From assembly GCA_951406725.2 (NCBI GenBank), contig OX597820.1:76074001-76138000 (forward strand): 64,000 nucleotides of DNA. Direction: 5' to 3'. Made by a program: the position numbers and the translations under genes. Source of the DNA: Octopus vulgaris. Its lineage: Eukaryota. Below are positions 1-13,379 of this stretch, piece by piece. The notes beneath the pieces are model-generated. The model was not told the DNA's origin and made no database searches. It saw only the letters and a list, made by a program, of their open reading frames with translations. Positions within the stretch are counted from its first letter, which is position 1. Each line of letters opens with the position of its first letter.

Positions 1-579
1 TATACATAGATGCATATATATGTATATATATATATATAGTGGTGGCGGTATTGCCAAATACGGATTTTTGCTTCTTTGACCGTTATCGTAAGTCTTAATA
101 TATTTGGTTTCCGCTGATACAGAAAAACGGTGTTTGAAAAATCACTGATGTCGCAATTAACCAGCAGAAAGGTAGAATCTTACATATGTCAAATGTCTTT
201 CGCTGCTGCTGCTGTTTAGCCCCAGGTCAGCCTTTATTCAGCATACCTATCATCAAAGGGATTGCAGTTGCGACCGTCCAACTTTTGTAAGGTTATTCAG
301 GTCTATATTTTTTCTGATACGTTATATTCTTATATGAGGCAGTAGGAAGTGATTTTAGGAGAAGCTGCCTGCTATTTCTAGCAGACAAAGCGGTTCCATG
401 CAGACTTTTTTTTCCGAGTATATCGATCACAGTAACTGTCGCCTGATGCTTTCTTTTTTTTAACTCTGATCGAATGAAAGTCAAAGTTGCCCTGGGGAAT
501 TTGAACTCAGAACATAAAGAACCGACGAAACGCCTCAAACATTTTTTCGATATAGTAACGGTTCTGCTAGATTACAGAC

Positions 580-660
<81 letters not shown>

Positions 661-981
661 GCCATGTGTTGAGAGGAATTCTTTGGGGTTTGAATAATTC
701 ACCTCTGGAAACATGGGTGTTTCGTTCAACACCCTTGAACAACCCTTATTCAGGGACCTTTTGAGCGGGATGGGTTACTCGACCTGAAGAAAATTCTAAC
801 TGGGCCCCACCTGCAAGGTCATGTGCTGTTTATCTTGATATGAGATCACCATGTCGCGCACATATGGTTGTGATGCATGTGCCTAGTGTACCCTTATCAG
901 ACGGGTAGTCATGATGGGTATACTGGGCTTCGTATATTTTACCCCAGTGTCACTTTGATGGCATGCACTACTCTCTCACTC
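661..981 (+). mobile_element. 5'-truncated copy of a 555-bp non-coding element inserted in (TAA)n
   Basis: Near-identical to the 3' ~320 bp of 56379-56933; ends CTCTCTCACTC then (AAT)n; (TAA)n on both sides. Confidence 0.85.
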
Positions 982-1004
982 AATAATAATAATAATACTA
1001 ATAC

Positions 1005-1052
<48 letters not shown>

Positions 1053-1054
<2 letters not shown>

Positions 1055-2255
1055 TACAATTAGCCTAGACACCTACCTGAAAAACTCTGAGGACTGGATG
1101 TTAAAACTTGTCTCAAAACATGAAAACAAGAAAGCATCATACTTAGTAACAAAACAGGCAAAAGAATATCTAAGTGAATTCCGAATACAACAAATTTCGG
1201 AATTAGACACAAGAAACAAGCACAGAAAAAGCTAAGCGCATGAAAACCCGTGCCAAAACTGCGGCCTTAGATATTCTGAATGATAAATAGCAAGAAAAAC
1301 CTCTCTATGGCAAATGCTCAAAGAGAGCGAATAATGTAAATGTTGACAAAGCCCAGACCCATCAATGGCTAATGGCCTCTGGCTTAAAATCTGAAACAGA
1401 AGGGTTTATCAGAGCAGCTCAAGTTCAATGCCTACCAACAAGAAACTACCAGGCCAACATATTAAAGAACGGCAGTAGCCCAACATGTCGTGTATGTCAA
1501 CAACAAAGTGAAACCATTGTTGTCTCCAAGTGCAGTCTTCTAGCGCCTAGAGAGTATCTCAACAGGCAAGATAGTGCTACACAATATATTCACTGGGCAA
1601 TTTGCAAAAACCTGGATTTGCCCCAGGAAAAAAAACTGGTGGGAACACAAACCACCTCCAGTACTTGAAAATGACCATATCTCACTCCTCTGGAACCTCA
1701 CCATTCAAACTGACAGAAAGATAGATGCAAATAGGCCAGACATCATATTGAAAGATTTCAGACAAAGAACATGCCTCCTCATTGATATGACTGTCCCAAT
1801 CGATATAAACGTATCTGTCAAGGCCTACCAAAAAATGAGCAAATATAAAGATCTGGAAACAGAAATCAGCAAAGAGTGGAACCTGAAGACTAAAACAATA
1901 CTAGTTGTCATAGGTGCCCTGGGAATGATAGCAAAAGGGGCTGATTGATACCTAACTCAGATACCAGGAAACCCCAAAATGGCAGAAATTCAAAAGGTAG
2001 TGCTCATGGGAACTGCTCATATCCTACGCAAAATACTTTCTATGTAATCTCAAGGTTTAAAACAAACATAATTTTCGTTTTTTTAATTTTTTAATTATCT
2101 TTTTTGACATTCACTAGTACAACACCTAAAAAAACCAAATATATGACACACTAGGCATAACAACAACATGAACTTTAAACCTGTTGTCTCTTGAGGTCTC
2201 TGGGTGAGACTTGGAGCCAACTTGTACAAATATAAAGCAAAAGTCAAACATACAA
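1053..2255 (+). mobile_element. 3' fragment of RLE-type non-LTR retrotransposon (R4/Dong-like), frameshifted
   Basis: ORFs 1372-1668 and 1574-1948 give CxxC zinc knuckle (CRVCQQQSET..C), YIHW, RPDII..LIDMTVP..K..KY nuclease motif, VIGALG and MGTAHILRKIL end; flanked by (TAA)n both sides. Confidence 0.85.
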
Positions 2256-2284
2256 TAGTAATAATAATAATAATAATAATACTC

Positions 2285-2500
2285 TTTTCTATGCTAGGTT
2301 CAAAGTCCGAAATTCTGTGGGATGGGGGCAGTCGATTAGATCGACCGCAGTACGCAACTGGTACTTAATTTATCGACCCCGAAAGGATAGAAGGCAACAT
2401 TGACAGCTACAGAATTTGAACTCAGAATGTAGCGACGGGCGAGGTACCACCAAGTATTTTTCCAGTGTGCTAACGATTCTGTCACTTCGTCACCACCTTC

Positions 2501-2541
<41 letters not shown>

Positions 2542-2945
2542 CTTTTCTACTAAAAGCACTAGGCATGAAATTTGTGGGTAGGGGAGTAGTCGATTACATC
2601 TACTCCAGTGTTTCACTGGTACTTAATTTATCGATCCCGAAAGGATGAAAGGCAAAGTCGACCTCGATGGAATTTGAACTCAGAACGTAACGGCAGACGA
2701 AATACCTATTTCTTTATTACCCACAATGGGCTAAACACAGAGGGGACAAACAAGGACAGACATAGGTATTAAGTCGATTACATCGACGCCAATGCGTAAC
2801 TGGTACTTAATTTATCGACCCCGAAAGGATGAAAGGCAAAGTCGACCTCGGCGGAATTTGAACTCACAACGTAACGCAGACGAAATACCGCTAAGCATTT
2901 CGCCCGGCGTGCTAACAATTCTGCCAGTTCGTCGCCTTAATAATA

Positions 2946-3006
<61 letters not shown>

Positions 3007-3245
3007 TAATAATAATAATAATAATAATAACAATCCTTTATGCCGTAGGCTCAAAGCCTGATATTTGAAGGGTGGAGCATAATCAATTACATCGATTCCG
3101 GTGTTCCACTGGTACTTAGTTCATCGATTTCAAAAGGATGACAGACAAAGTCAAATCCAGCAGAATTTTAAATCAGAACATAAAAGCAGACGAAATACGA
3201 CCGAGAATTTTTACCGGCGCGGTAACTATTCTGCCATTTCTCTTT
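2285..3245 (-). mobile_element. Cluster of three tRNA-derived SINEs (family A, Meta-domain-like), one with internal tandem duplication
   Basis: Repeated GAGTTCAAATTCCGCCGAGGTCGACTTTGCCTTTCATCCTTTCGGGGTCGATAAATTAAGTACC on minus strand, separated by (TAA)n. Confidence 0.8.
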
Positions 3246-4059
3246 CTTATATTATCATTAACGTAAGAAATTATTAATTAGGTCGGTGATAGCGAGCAGG
3301 CTACGTTTCCACCAGCCAGTTAAAGCATGACATATTTCCAATTCCCTGTGGAAGCCACTTCACTGCATGCAATTCCAGTTCTTGGTAGAAGCCATTTCAC
3401 TGCAACGTGGTTCCAATCCACGATTGAAAACCACTTCATTTATACTGCTAACGACCTCATGGAAGCAACCATGAACTATCACGTTGACCATTTCATTAAG
3501 ATGGCGACTAGTTGGCTGAATCCGGTGTAACAGCTTTTACTTTGTGTTCCTTCATTGTTCAAAAGCCTTTAGGGTCGATTTAAATATGCATTCTCGGGGA
3601 ATCGGTAAAACGTTGAAATGGAATTTGTTGAGATCGAAAACATCAACACATTCTCTGCAAGATAAGAAGAATATATTATTTAAAAAGAGAGTGAAAAAGA
3701 CAGAGGGTGCGAGAGAAAGAGACAGAGAAGAGAGGGAGAGTGAGAAGGATAGTGATATAATTAGACAGTGAGATAGCTTTTTTTCTGCTGTTGTTATTGT
3801 TCTTCTTCCAATCAGGAATCACGCCATTAGTTACAAAGAATAATCTCCAATCCGAGCCTACTCTAAGCTACTAAGAATGCGTGTGGCAACTTGAAGATCC
3901 ACCCACCACACGCGATAGACTGGCGGTTGCACGGGCGCGAAAGCTACGTTGTTATCCTCATTCCGTAAACAGTGGCTTTTAACTGGTGTAGAGCTGAACC
4001 ATCCTGGGGCACAAAGGATTCGAAATCTAGGCTAGGGTCTGAAAGTTTACCACACCATA

Positions 4060-4290
4060 GTGGGTTACACCATGGGTCTTCTGGTTTGGAGCAGAAGTAG
4101 GAAGAAAGAGTGAGAGAAAGTTGTGGTGAAAGAGAACAGTGAGGTTCACCACACTCCTCTCGCCGGAGCCTCGTGGAGCTTAGATATTTTTGCTCAATAA
4201 ACACTTACAATGCCCGGTCTGGGAATCGAAACCGCGTTCTTACGACCGTGAGTCCACTGCCCTAACCACTGGGCCATTGTGCCTCCACTC
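4060..4290 (-). mobile_element. tRNA-derived SINE (family D)
   Basis: A box TGGCCCAGTGG and B-box-like GTTTCGATTCC; homologous to 16905-17199. Confidence 0.7.
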
Positions 4291-4357
4291 TGCTGTTGTT
4301 GCGCAGTCTCAGTTAGCCCCGATCTAACAGCTCTATCTTCATTGTAATCAGCCCCCT

Positions 4358-4560
4358 CTAAGGCGATTAGCTGGCTGAAACGTTAGCACGCCGGGAAAAA
4401 TGCTTATCGGCATTTCGTCCGTCTTTACGTTCTGAGTTCAAATTCTGCTGATGTTGACTTTGCCTTTCATCCTTACGGGGTCGATAAAATAAGAACCAGT
4501 TGAACGCTGGATTCGACTTACTTCTCCCCGAGATTGCTGGCCTTGTACCAAAATTTCTGG
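4358..4560 (+). mobile_element. SINE family A
   Basis: AGCTGGC..AACGTTAGCACGCCGG head, GAGTTCAAATTC B box, GCCTTTCATCCTT..GGTCGATAAA domain. Confidence 0.75.
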
Positions 4561-5849
4561 ACATTACTGTCTCAAGCCCTCAGACTCATAAGACTGGTTA
4601 TTCGGCTTAAAATTGGCCGAAACCTCAACAGTATTCTATGAACGGGACACATGTCCATCGCAAGGTAGCTTCTCCATAGCTGAGCGAACTGAAACAACGT
4701 TAAATGAAGTGTTTTGCTCATAAATTCAACGCACTACCCGGTCCGGGAATCGAAGCTATAATGTTGAGATTGGGAGCGCAAAAATCTTAACCACTGGGTC
4801 ACATGCCCTCACAATAGGCTTAAAGTACATAGAAAATTGTTTACTGTTGTTTTTATCGTTTAATCATCCACTTCACCATAATCAAGCCTTGTACTTATTT
4901 TGTCGCTCTGTTTTGCTGAACTGCTAAGTTACAGAGACGTAAACAAGCTAACGCTAATTGTCAAACAGTGCTGGGGGGTGGGGTGCAAACTCACACACAT
5001 GCACGCACGCACACACTTTATATACAACGGTCTTCTTCCAGATTCCTTTTACCAATTCAACTCGCAAGGCGTTGGACCTCCCGAGGCTATAGAAGAAAAC
5101 ATTGGTCCAAGGTACCACGCTGTGGGACTCAACCCAGAACCAGAACCGCGTGGTCAGGAGGCAACCTTGTCTGCGTTTTTATAGTATTCTGTTTTATAAA
5201 AGCAACAGCTCCATAAACTAACAGAAAACTATTGATGGAATCAGAAACTATATTAGTATTAGCAACTGCAGTTACAATGTGAAGGGACATTAGCTGAGCA
5301 GTATAGCAACAGCAGCAGCAGCAGCAGCAGCAGCATCATCAGCATCATCAGCAGTGGCAGCAGCAAGAAGGCAAGAAGAGTGAATATCTGCAAACATTAG
5401 CTGCTGTAATAAAACCAATAAACAAGAAATGCATTCTTGAAATATTGTTCTGACATAGGTTACATATCTATGGATTTCATAGAGAATGCAGCAGTCGTTT
5501 CTATCGATTTGGAATATATGGTTTCTAGCTGTTTTTATCGATCTCCTTGACCTTACTGAGATTTGAACCCGGCATGTTAAGAAACGCCTGCAAGTCATCG
5601 TTAAGAGCACTTCATATCTGTCTCTGAAACACCAACAAAGATGTCTGTGGATCTGTGCAAGAAATAGATTAAGAGGCCAGGCATGGGTGTGGGGTTAAGG
5701 TGGTCGCTTTGCTAACATAGGTTGGAGTTCAATCTCACTGTGTGGCACCTTGATGAGTGAGTGTCTTTAAACATAGGCCCGGGTCGGTCAATGCTTTGTG
5801 ATTGAATTTGTTTGATGGAAACTGTGTGAAAGCCAGTCATGTATATATA

Positions 5850-6232
5850 TATATTCTTTTATTTGTTTCACTCATTTGACTGGGGCCATGCTGGAGCACC
5901 GCCTTTAGTCGAGCAAATCGACAACAGGACTTATTCTTTTTTAAGCCTAGTACATATTCTATCGGTCTCTCTTGTCGAACCGCTAAGTGACGGCGATGTA
6001 AACACATCACCATCGGTAGTCAAGCGATGTTGCGGGCACAAACATAGAGACACAAACATATATATATATATAGGACGGGCTTCTTTCAGTTTCCTTCTAC
6101 CAAATCCACTCACAAGGCTTTGGTCGGCCCGAGGCTATAGTATATGACACTTGCCCAAGGTGCCACGCAGCGGTACTGAACCCGGAACCATGTGGTTGGT
6201 AAGCAAGCAACTTACCGCACAGCCACTGCTGC
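5850..6232 (-). mobile_element. SINE family B (CORE-like, internal microsatellite, CR1-type 3' tail)
   Basis: GGCTGTGCGGTAAG head, GGCACCTTGGGCAAGTGTC core, GGCGGTGCTCCAGCATGGCC tail. Confidence 0.8.
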
Positions 6233-6281
<49 letters not shown>

Positions 6282-6285
<4 letters not shown>

Positions 6286-6354
6286 ATCCAAACAAGAAAG
6301 CACAAAAAAACACAACCACGCGAGGACGTGGAACAAATATAGTATTATTGGACG

Positions 6355-6356
<2 letters not shown>
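6282..6356 (-). mobile_element. 3' remnant of hammerhead-bearing family H2 in (TA)n
   Basis: Matches 16040-16115; further remnants at 10335-10385 (-) and 21788-21834 (+). Confidence 0.75.
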
Positions 6357-6411
<55 letters not shown>

Positions 6412-8004
6412 TTACAATTATATTTAATAATTACATACTTAATTTTAAAGATAATGTCATATTTTATACGCTACTACTGATATAATGATTTTGATGATTA
6501 TATCCTTAATTTATAAGTAAATATATATGTATGGATGTTTATATAGACAAGCATGTATATGTGTGTATGTCTTCATTTTTGTGTGCCTCCCCTCCTGTCA
6601 TAGCAATTGGTGTCCCCGTAACATAGCAGTTCGGCAAACTATCCAAATTAAGTACCAGACCTTAAGAGTTAGTATGGAGTTGCTGTATTTGACTAAGCCC
6701 TTCAAGGCAGTGCCCCAGTATGGTCGCAATCAAATACTGAAACATGTAAAAGGTAAAATATATATCGATGAATAAACAAACAATTCAAAGAGAAAGCTTC
6801 TATTTGTTCTTTTGACTTGCTAGAAATAACAACCAAATCTCCAGCAAATCAGACCTCACTATTAAAAAGAGAGTAAAGTTTCTCTGAAGACTCCAGCTAG
6901 AATGTTTTGGTGAAAAGGTTTGATGGAGAAAAGTTTTCTTGAACTGAGTTACTAATGACTGAAATATAGAAGATATACCAATTACCTTTAATGATAAAAC
7001 CACCAAGTTGAAGCATTTTTGGGGCGTGAGGTAATGAATTAAGTCCAAACAAATGAAATCCGTCATCGAATCTTATATGATTGATCCCGCATAATTGGAA
7101 GGCTGGCTCTTCGTATCCATCAGCATTTGAAATCGGAATACACGTGGAAGAAAATAATGTCTACAAGGTGCTAAGTTCCTTGATTATTTTCTGTTCTTGG
7201 GCATCTGTAGATATAACTTTAAAAAGTGATTGAATTGCACTGCTAACACCGTAGGACACAGGGTTGACATATATAGCCTTTAATATGCTTAGTAGTAGAT
7301 TATGGTTGCATAATGAAATACGATATACCTATCAGCAAATAATATGCATGTACCAGATGCCAGGAATGTGTTTATCGTGTAAACTGGTATATCCAATTAT
7401 GTTACACTGCATTATTTGGGGATTATTTAAGCAGCGTGTTCGTGGACGGTTAATGGGTTGGATGTGGTACTGAGAAGGAGCAATAACTCCTGAAATATGT
7501 ATATACACCAACCACCAACTTTTTTATCTTTTACCGCATTGTTTACATAGACGTATTTGTATACAAATCGTCGTAAATTTCAATTTTTACAAAAACTCTA
7601 TAGCGATAACTTTAAAAATCCTCAGATTATATAACAAGAGATCCTTGATATACAAGGATCTCTATTCGGGTAGTCTAAGATCCACGATTTATAACGGGTG
7701 CAGTTACGTACATGGGTATGGGTCCCAACGCCTTCTACAGTGGCTGGTCATAAGTCTGTATTCCGTCTTCGAAATACAGGCCAAGAGAATTTACGCATTG
7801 GCAGGTCCCACATTGAGATCCCACATTTGAGATCTAATTACATGGTCATGGAGCATCATCCTCCCTCACACAAATGCCTAATCTCAGTTTGCATCATGTC
7901 TGTCTTCCTATTGCTGGAAGTGAATGGTTCCAAGTATCTTTTTTTCTTGACGCATGGTTTCCAATGATCTCACCCTGTTTTCTGCCTGCTCCACTGCTAA
8001 TATT

Positions 8005-8198
8005 TCTAATTATAATACAAAGTCAACAGTTTTAGAGAGAGGCATAGGTCGTTTAAATCGATCTTAGTGTTTCATCCCGAAAGGAATAAAAGGCAAAGTT
8101 ATCGTCGGTGGAATTTGAGCTCAAAACGTAAGTAATCGAAAGAAATGCTGCTAAGCATTTTTTCCGACACGTTAAAGATTCTGCCAGCTCACCGCCTT
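8005..8198 (-). mobile_element. SINE family A, diverged
   Basis: AAGGCGGTGAGCTGGCAGAATC head on minus strand; degenerate central domain. Confidence 0.7.
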
Positions 8199-9375
8199 AT
8201 AAATGTTTCAAATATAACCATTTTTTTGTGTTATTAACCCACAATAGACGGAAAGCAAATTTAATTCCAGCCTGACATGAAATCAGAATTTATTAATTTC
8301 GCTACTGGCAAAATATTTTGCCAAGCACTTTTCAACTACGGCTATATTTTACAGCTCGACGAAAAAAAAAGAAGAAAATTAGATAAATAAAGAAGAAAAA
8401 GAAAATAATGATTTTATTTTTATTGACCGTTAAGGGAATTTAAACCAATCAAATATAATTGAGAATTTGTTATTAGATTGCAGATGAACAACAACGAAAG
8501 ACTTTGATGTTATTAACCATTAAAAATAAATAATGAATAATATAATAGCACTTGTTTTAAACAGTTCAAATGATCGCAAAACAAATTCAAGCGTTTATAA
8601 TATTCATTTCATTGAAAAGCGTCAGCATAAAGTTAGCCTTTTCGGTATTATATTTTATTTTCAAAAGACTGCTAAACGTTTCTTATTGAAGTCTAATCAA
8701 ATAGTCACATTAAAATGTCGTTATAGAGAATACAAGCTTTCATTGACACCGACTTCGAAATTAATCGCGATTTCAAGGTTAGAGCAAGAACATTTGGCAC
8801 AAAATTGGAGAAAATAAAATTAAAATAAAAAAGCAATTCAAATTTGGTGTGAAAATTAGTCTTTTCACGTTTTAGCTACTAGAAGCAATGACGAAATTTT
8901 TGTTCAATTTTGAGTGTCTGTTTTATCCATAACTGTAGTATCTAAGGGTATTTTCATGAATTCTTTCAGCTCTATTAACTTAATTAAATACTTTATGTGT
9001 TTTTGTTACGATTGCTGTTTAGTACCAGGTCAGCCCTCCATCCCAGCAACGGCTAGCGAGAACGCTACATGCACTCGGCTTTATTGGGCCTTCTCAATTT
9101 TATGTGCGCATAGACAGTAACATGTATATATGACGTTTGTAGTCTACAATATTTAGGAAACGTAGAATAAAGTAACTACTGATACTGTGAAAAGCCGTGC
9201 AGCTGAGTAAATAAACATAATATGCAATAGAAATATTAAAGAGAAATACAATAGATATCCATATATATTACTTAATGTAAATCCATCCATGAAAGGCAAT
9301 TTACTGTGGTATACATTCAAGAGATAACATCTGTTATGGACGTACTTTCTTTAAAAACAGTATATATATATATAT

Positions 9376-9497
9376 GGCTGTGTGGTAAGTAGCTTGCTTA
9401 CCAACCGCATAGTTCCGGGTTCAGTCCCACTACGTGACAACTTGCGCAAAAGCCTTGTGAGTGGTTTTGGTAGACAGAAACTGAAAGAAGCCCGACG

Positions 9498-9586
<89 letters not shown>

Positions 9587-9785
9587 ATGCATGTTTGTGC
9601 TTGTTCCCCAACCATCGCTTGACAACCGATCTTTGTGTGTTTACGTCTCCGTAACTTAGCAGTTCGGCAAAAGACCGATAGAATATGTACTAGGTTACAA
9701 AGAAAAAGTCCTGGGGTTGACTTGTTCGACTAAAGGCGGTACTCCAGCATGACCGCAGTCAAATGACAGAAACAAATAAAAGAAT
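9376..9785 (+). mobile_element. SINE family B with expanded internal (TA)n(TG)n
   Basis: Head, internal microsatellite, tail GGCGGTACTCCAGCATGACCGCAGTCAAATGACAGAAAC. Confidence 0.85.
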
Positions 9786-10092
9786 ATATGAGTGTGTGTG
9801 TGTGCGTGTGTGTGTGTGTGTGTGCGCGCGAGGAAAATTGTCCCACATGCAACTAGCGAGAACGCCAGATCTTAAGCAACAAATCTCGCCTCATGCTGTT
9901 ACTGGCTTTGTGCACACGCCATTGAGAAGTTTCAACGAAGCCGAAAGGCATCTGACGCTTTTAAACATAGCACGTCTATAACAGATGTTATCTCTGGACG
10001 AATACCGCAGTAAATTGCCTTTTAATGATGTATTTACGTTAAGTATGATATACAGATGTCATTCTTTACTTCACTCACTCTGTCTTTCTATC

Positions 10093-10138
<46 letters not shown>

Positions 10139-10225
10139 TGTATATACACATACAATAATATGCATCTATACAACACATTTAAACATATATACATACATAA
10201 ATACTTACACACACACACACATATA

Positions 10226-10264
<39 letters not shown>

Positions 10265-10281
10265 GTATATATATATGTATA

Positions 10282-10335
<54 letters not shown>

Positions 10336-10858
10336 TTAATCCAAACAAGAAAACAAAAAGACAACAACGCAAGGATGTGGAATACAAATACAAACACTCA
10401 TACAGAAATGCCAAAACGCGCTTGTACTGATAGATTTTGGAAAGGTCCTATTATAAAATCTTATTAACGCCCTCACCGAATTTTGTTTCTTACTTTATGC
10501 TGTTTTATCTACCAGCAATTTTTCGTTTTAAGGACTTCAAAGCCTTTGTAACTTCAATTGATTTACATTTAATAGCTGATTTTTTCCTCTGTGCTACGTT
10601 GATAACAATCTAATCTAAACTCATACAAGAGGTCAATGGGAATTATTTGACGATAAGTTTTCGGGTGAAGAAAAAAATATATAGCTAACAATGAGAAACA
10701 ATAACCAGTAAGTGCGTTTAAAGTTTTAATATAACTATTCCGAACTATAAACAATATTCGTTTTTCGGTTTCAGATTAAGTGTTGCAAAAGAAATTAAAA
10801 GACGTAATACGCTTGTGTGTGTGATGTATGTATGTTTGTATGTATGTATGTATGTATG

Positions 10859-10892
<34 letters not shown>

Positions 10893-10993
10893 TGTATGTA
10901 TGTATATGTAAATAATAAGAAAATGGAGAAAACCACAGATTAGCAAACATATCGATTGAACCACATTCATAGTTTATTTATATAGTTATATGC

Positions 10994-11039
<46 letters not shown>

Positions 11040-11074
11040 GTATATATGTATATGTGTGTATATATATAAATATA

Positions 11075-11251
11075 TTTTTTCCTCTGTCTTCCCTTCTCGG
11101 GATCTTTCCTTCTCCTATGTTTCCGACGAAGAGCTCCGCTCGAAACGTTAAACCCTCTTTCTTCCCTTCTTTCCTGAGCGTCCAATAATATTATATTTTT
11201 TCCACGTCCTCGCGTTGTTGTGTTTTTTGTGTTTTCTTGTTTGGATTAACT
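11075..11251 (+). mobile_element. ~180-bp Penelope-pLTR-like element (family H2) in (TA)n
   Basis: Reverse-complement match to 16040-16221; contains minimal hammerhead motif. Confidence 0.75.
11119..11153 (+). ncRNA. Minimal type I hammerhead ribozyme motif (U4C core variant)
   Basis: GTTT CCGACGA A GAGC-TCC-GCTC GAAA CGTT AAAC: stem I, core, stem II, palindromic helix III. Confidence 0.7.
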
Positions 11252-11276
11252 ATGTATGTATATACGTATATGTGTG

Positions 11277-11348
<72 letters not shown>

Positions 11349-11351
<3 letters not shown>

Positions 11352-11610
11352 AATAGTAAAAAGTGAAACAACTACAGAAGGCTTGTTTTAGAACTCTTCT
11401 CAACATAAACATAACGATAACTCTTCTTAATGTAAACATAACGATGTAAGAAATTTGAAAAGCTGAACGCGAAACCGGTCATTTCTTCAAAAACTACGTC
11501 ATTGTAGGAAAAAAAATTTATAACATCCTTCAGACATATTGACTCAAATATATATTTTTTAACCTTCTAAAACAAGCCTACTGTACTTTTTTCACTTTTT
11601 ACTATTTTTT
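11349..11610. mobile_element. ~260-bp element with ~45-bp terminal inverted repeats in (TA)n, containing a hammerhead motif
   Basis: AAAATAGTAAAAAGTGAAACAACTACAGAAGGCTTGTTTTAGAA at 11350-11393 inverted at 11565-11610. Confidence 0.7.
11448..11487 (+). ncRNA. Minimal hammerhead ribozyme motif, U3-A8 variant (family H3)
   Basis: AAGAAAT TTGAAAA GC-TGAAC-GC GAAA CCGG TC ATTTCTT: perfect 7-bp stem I, GUC triplet. Confidence 0.65.
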
Positions 11611-11651
11611 ATATATTCAACCACGTGCTTTCACATACCAACTTTCTCACC

Positions 11652-11720
<69 letters not shown>

Positions 11721-11800
11721 CAGTGTTGGGCATAAGTCGCTTTACCTATTTCTAATAGTAATAATAAAGAAATAGGTAAATCGACTTATGGTCATCCCTG
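11721..11800. mobile_element. 80-bp foldback MITE-like element (hAT-like CAG termini)
   Basis: CATAAGTCGCTTTACCTATTTCT / AGAAATAGGTAAATCGACTTATG arms; termini CAGTGTTG...CATCCCTG. Confidence 0.6.
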
Positions 11801-11802
11801 TG

Positions 11803-11882
<80 letters not shown>

Positions 11883-12042
11883 TGTGTGTGTATGTATAAG
11901 TATATATATATATATCTATACATATATATATGTATATACTTATATATATATATGTTTGTATGTATGTATGTATGTATGCATGTATGCATGTATGTGTGTA
12001 TGTATGTATGTGTGCGTGTATGTATGTATGTATGTATATATA

Positions 12043-12213
12043 GGCGTAGCTGTGTGGCAAGAAGCTTGCTTTCCAGCCACTAAGTTCTGGGTTCAGGCCG
12101 CTGCTGCTATAGCCTCGCGCGAACCAATATGTTGTGAGGGGTTTTGGTAGATGGAAATTGAAAGAAGCATATCATATATATATATATATGTGTGTGTGAG
12201 TGTGTGTCTGTGT

Positions 12214-12271
<58 letters not shown>

Positions 12272-12440
12272 TTGTGTTTGTCTCCCATCATTTCTTAACA
12301 AACAATTTTGTTTTGTTCGGCAAAAGAGACCGCTAGAATAAATATAAGGCTTAAGAAAAAAATACGTCCTGGAGTTGATTTGATCGATTAAAGCCCGTCA
12401 CGGTGGTGCCCCAGCATGGCCGCAGTCAAATTGCTGAAAC
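12043..12440 (+). mobile_element. SINE family B with internal deletion
   Basis: Head GGCGTAGCTGTGTGG; tail GGTGGTGCCCCAGCATGGCCGCAGTC; a diverged inverted copy follows at ~12480-12850. Confidence 0.75.
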
Positions 12441-13341
12441 ATATAGTATATATATAGATATGTATCTTTTACTTTTTATATTCATTTTGACTACGATCAT
12501 GCTTAGACACCGGCTTGAAGAAATTTTTATCGAACTAATCGGCCACAGGACATATTTTTTTGTTAAGGCCGGGATTGAATCTATCGGTCTCTTTTGTCAA
12601 ACCGCTTGGTCACGGGAAGAAACACACCAACACTACTGAAACTGTGGTGGGGGACAATCAAACAAACTCACACACATACACACATACGACAGGGCTCTTT
12701 CAGTTCTACCAAGCAAATCTACTCACAGCGCTTTGGTTGGCCTGTGGCTATATAGTAGAAGATACCTGCTAGAGATGCCACGTAATGGGACTGAAACCAG
12801 AACCATGTTGCTGGCAAGCGAACTTCTCACCACGCAACCATACCACGCACCCACTTACACATATATACATGTATGTATATATGTTTTGTATGTAGCATAA
12901 AATATTATTAATAAGGGATTCCCTATCCAGGCAAAATACTTCTTAAAGCATCTGCTGATAGAAATACAATAGGCTAACAAAACGTTTTCTAACACCAGGT
13001 AATCCTGAGGCGACATTTGCGGTTGAAGCCGAAACCCCACCGACTTTGTTAATCCATCATTACATTAGCAAGTTAACCCGATATGTATTCACTGAGTAAC
13101 ATACAGCAAACGGTATAAATAGTGGGCTCTATACATTTATGTGGGCATTATAGACTTGTGTCTGTTTCTGAGGATATTTGAGGTGCTTTCAACTTTCCGT
13201 TTCACCAGTCGGTCGATTGATCGATTGAGAGAAGAGAACGACTCTTATATATGCTAATGTCTTCAGAGACAGCGCATCGTTTGCCGAAAAGAAAACAAAA
13301 TTTAAAAACATATATACATACATAAACACACGCACGCACGA

Positions 13342-13379
<38 letters not shown>

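Noticed and set aside
7637-7663. 11-bp inverted repeat AGAGATCCTTG/CAAGGATCTCT
   Set aside because: Short and isolated, with no family or functional context.
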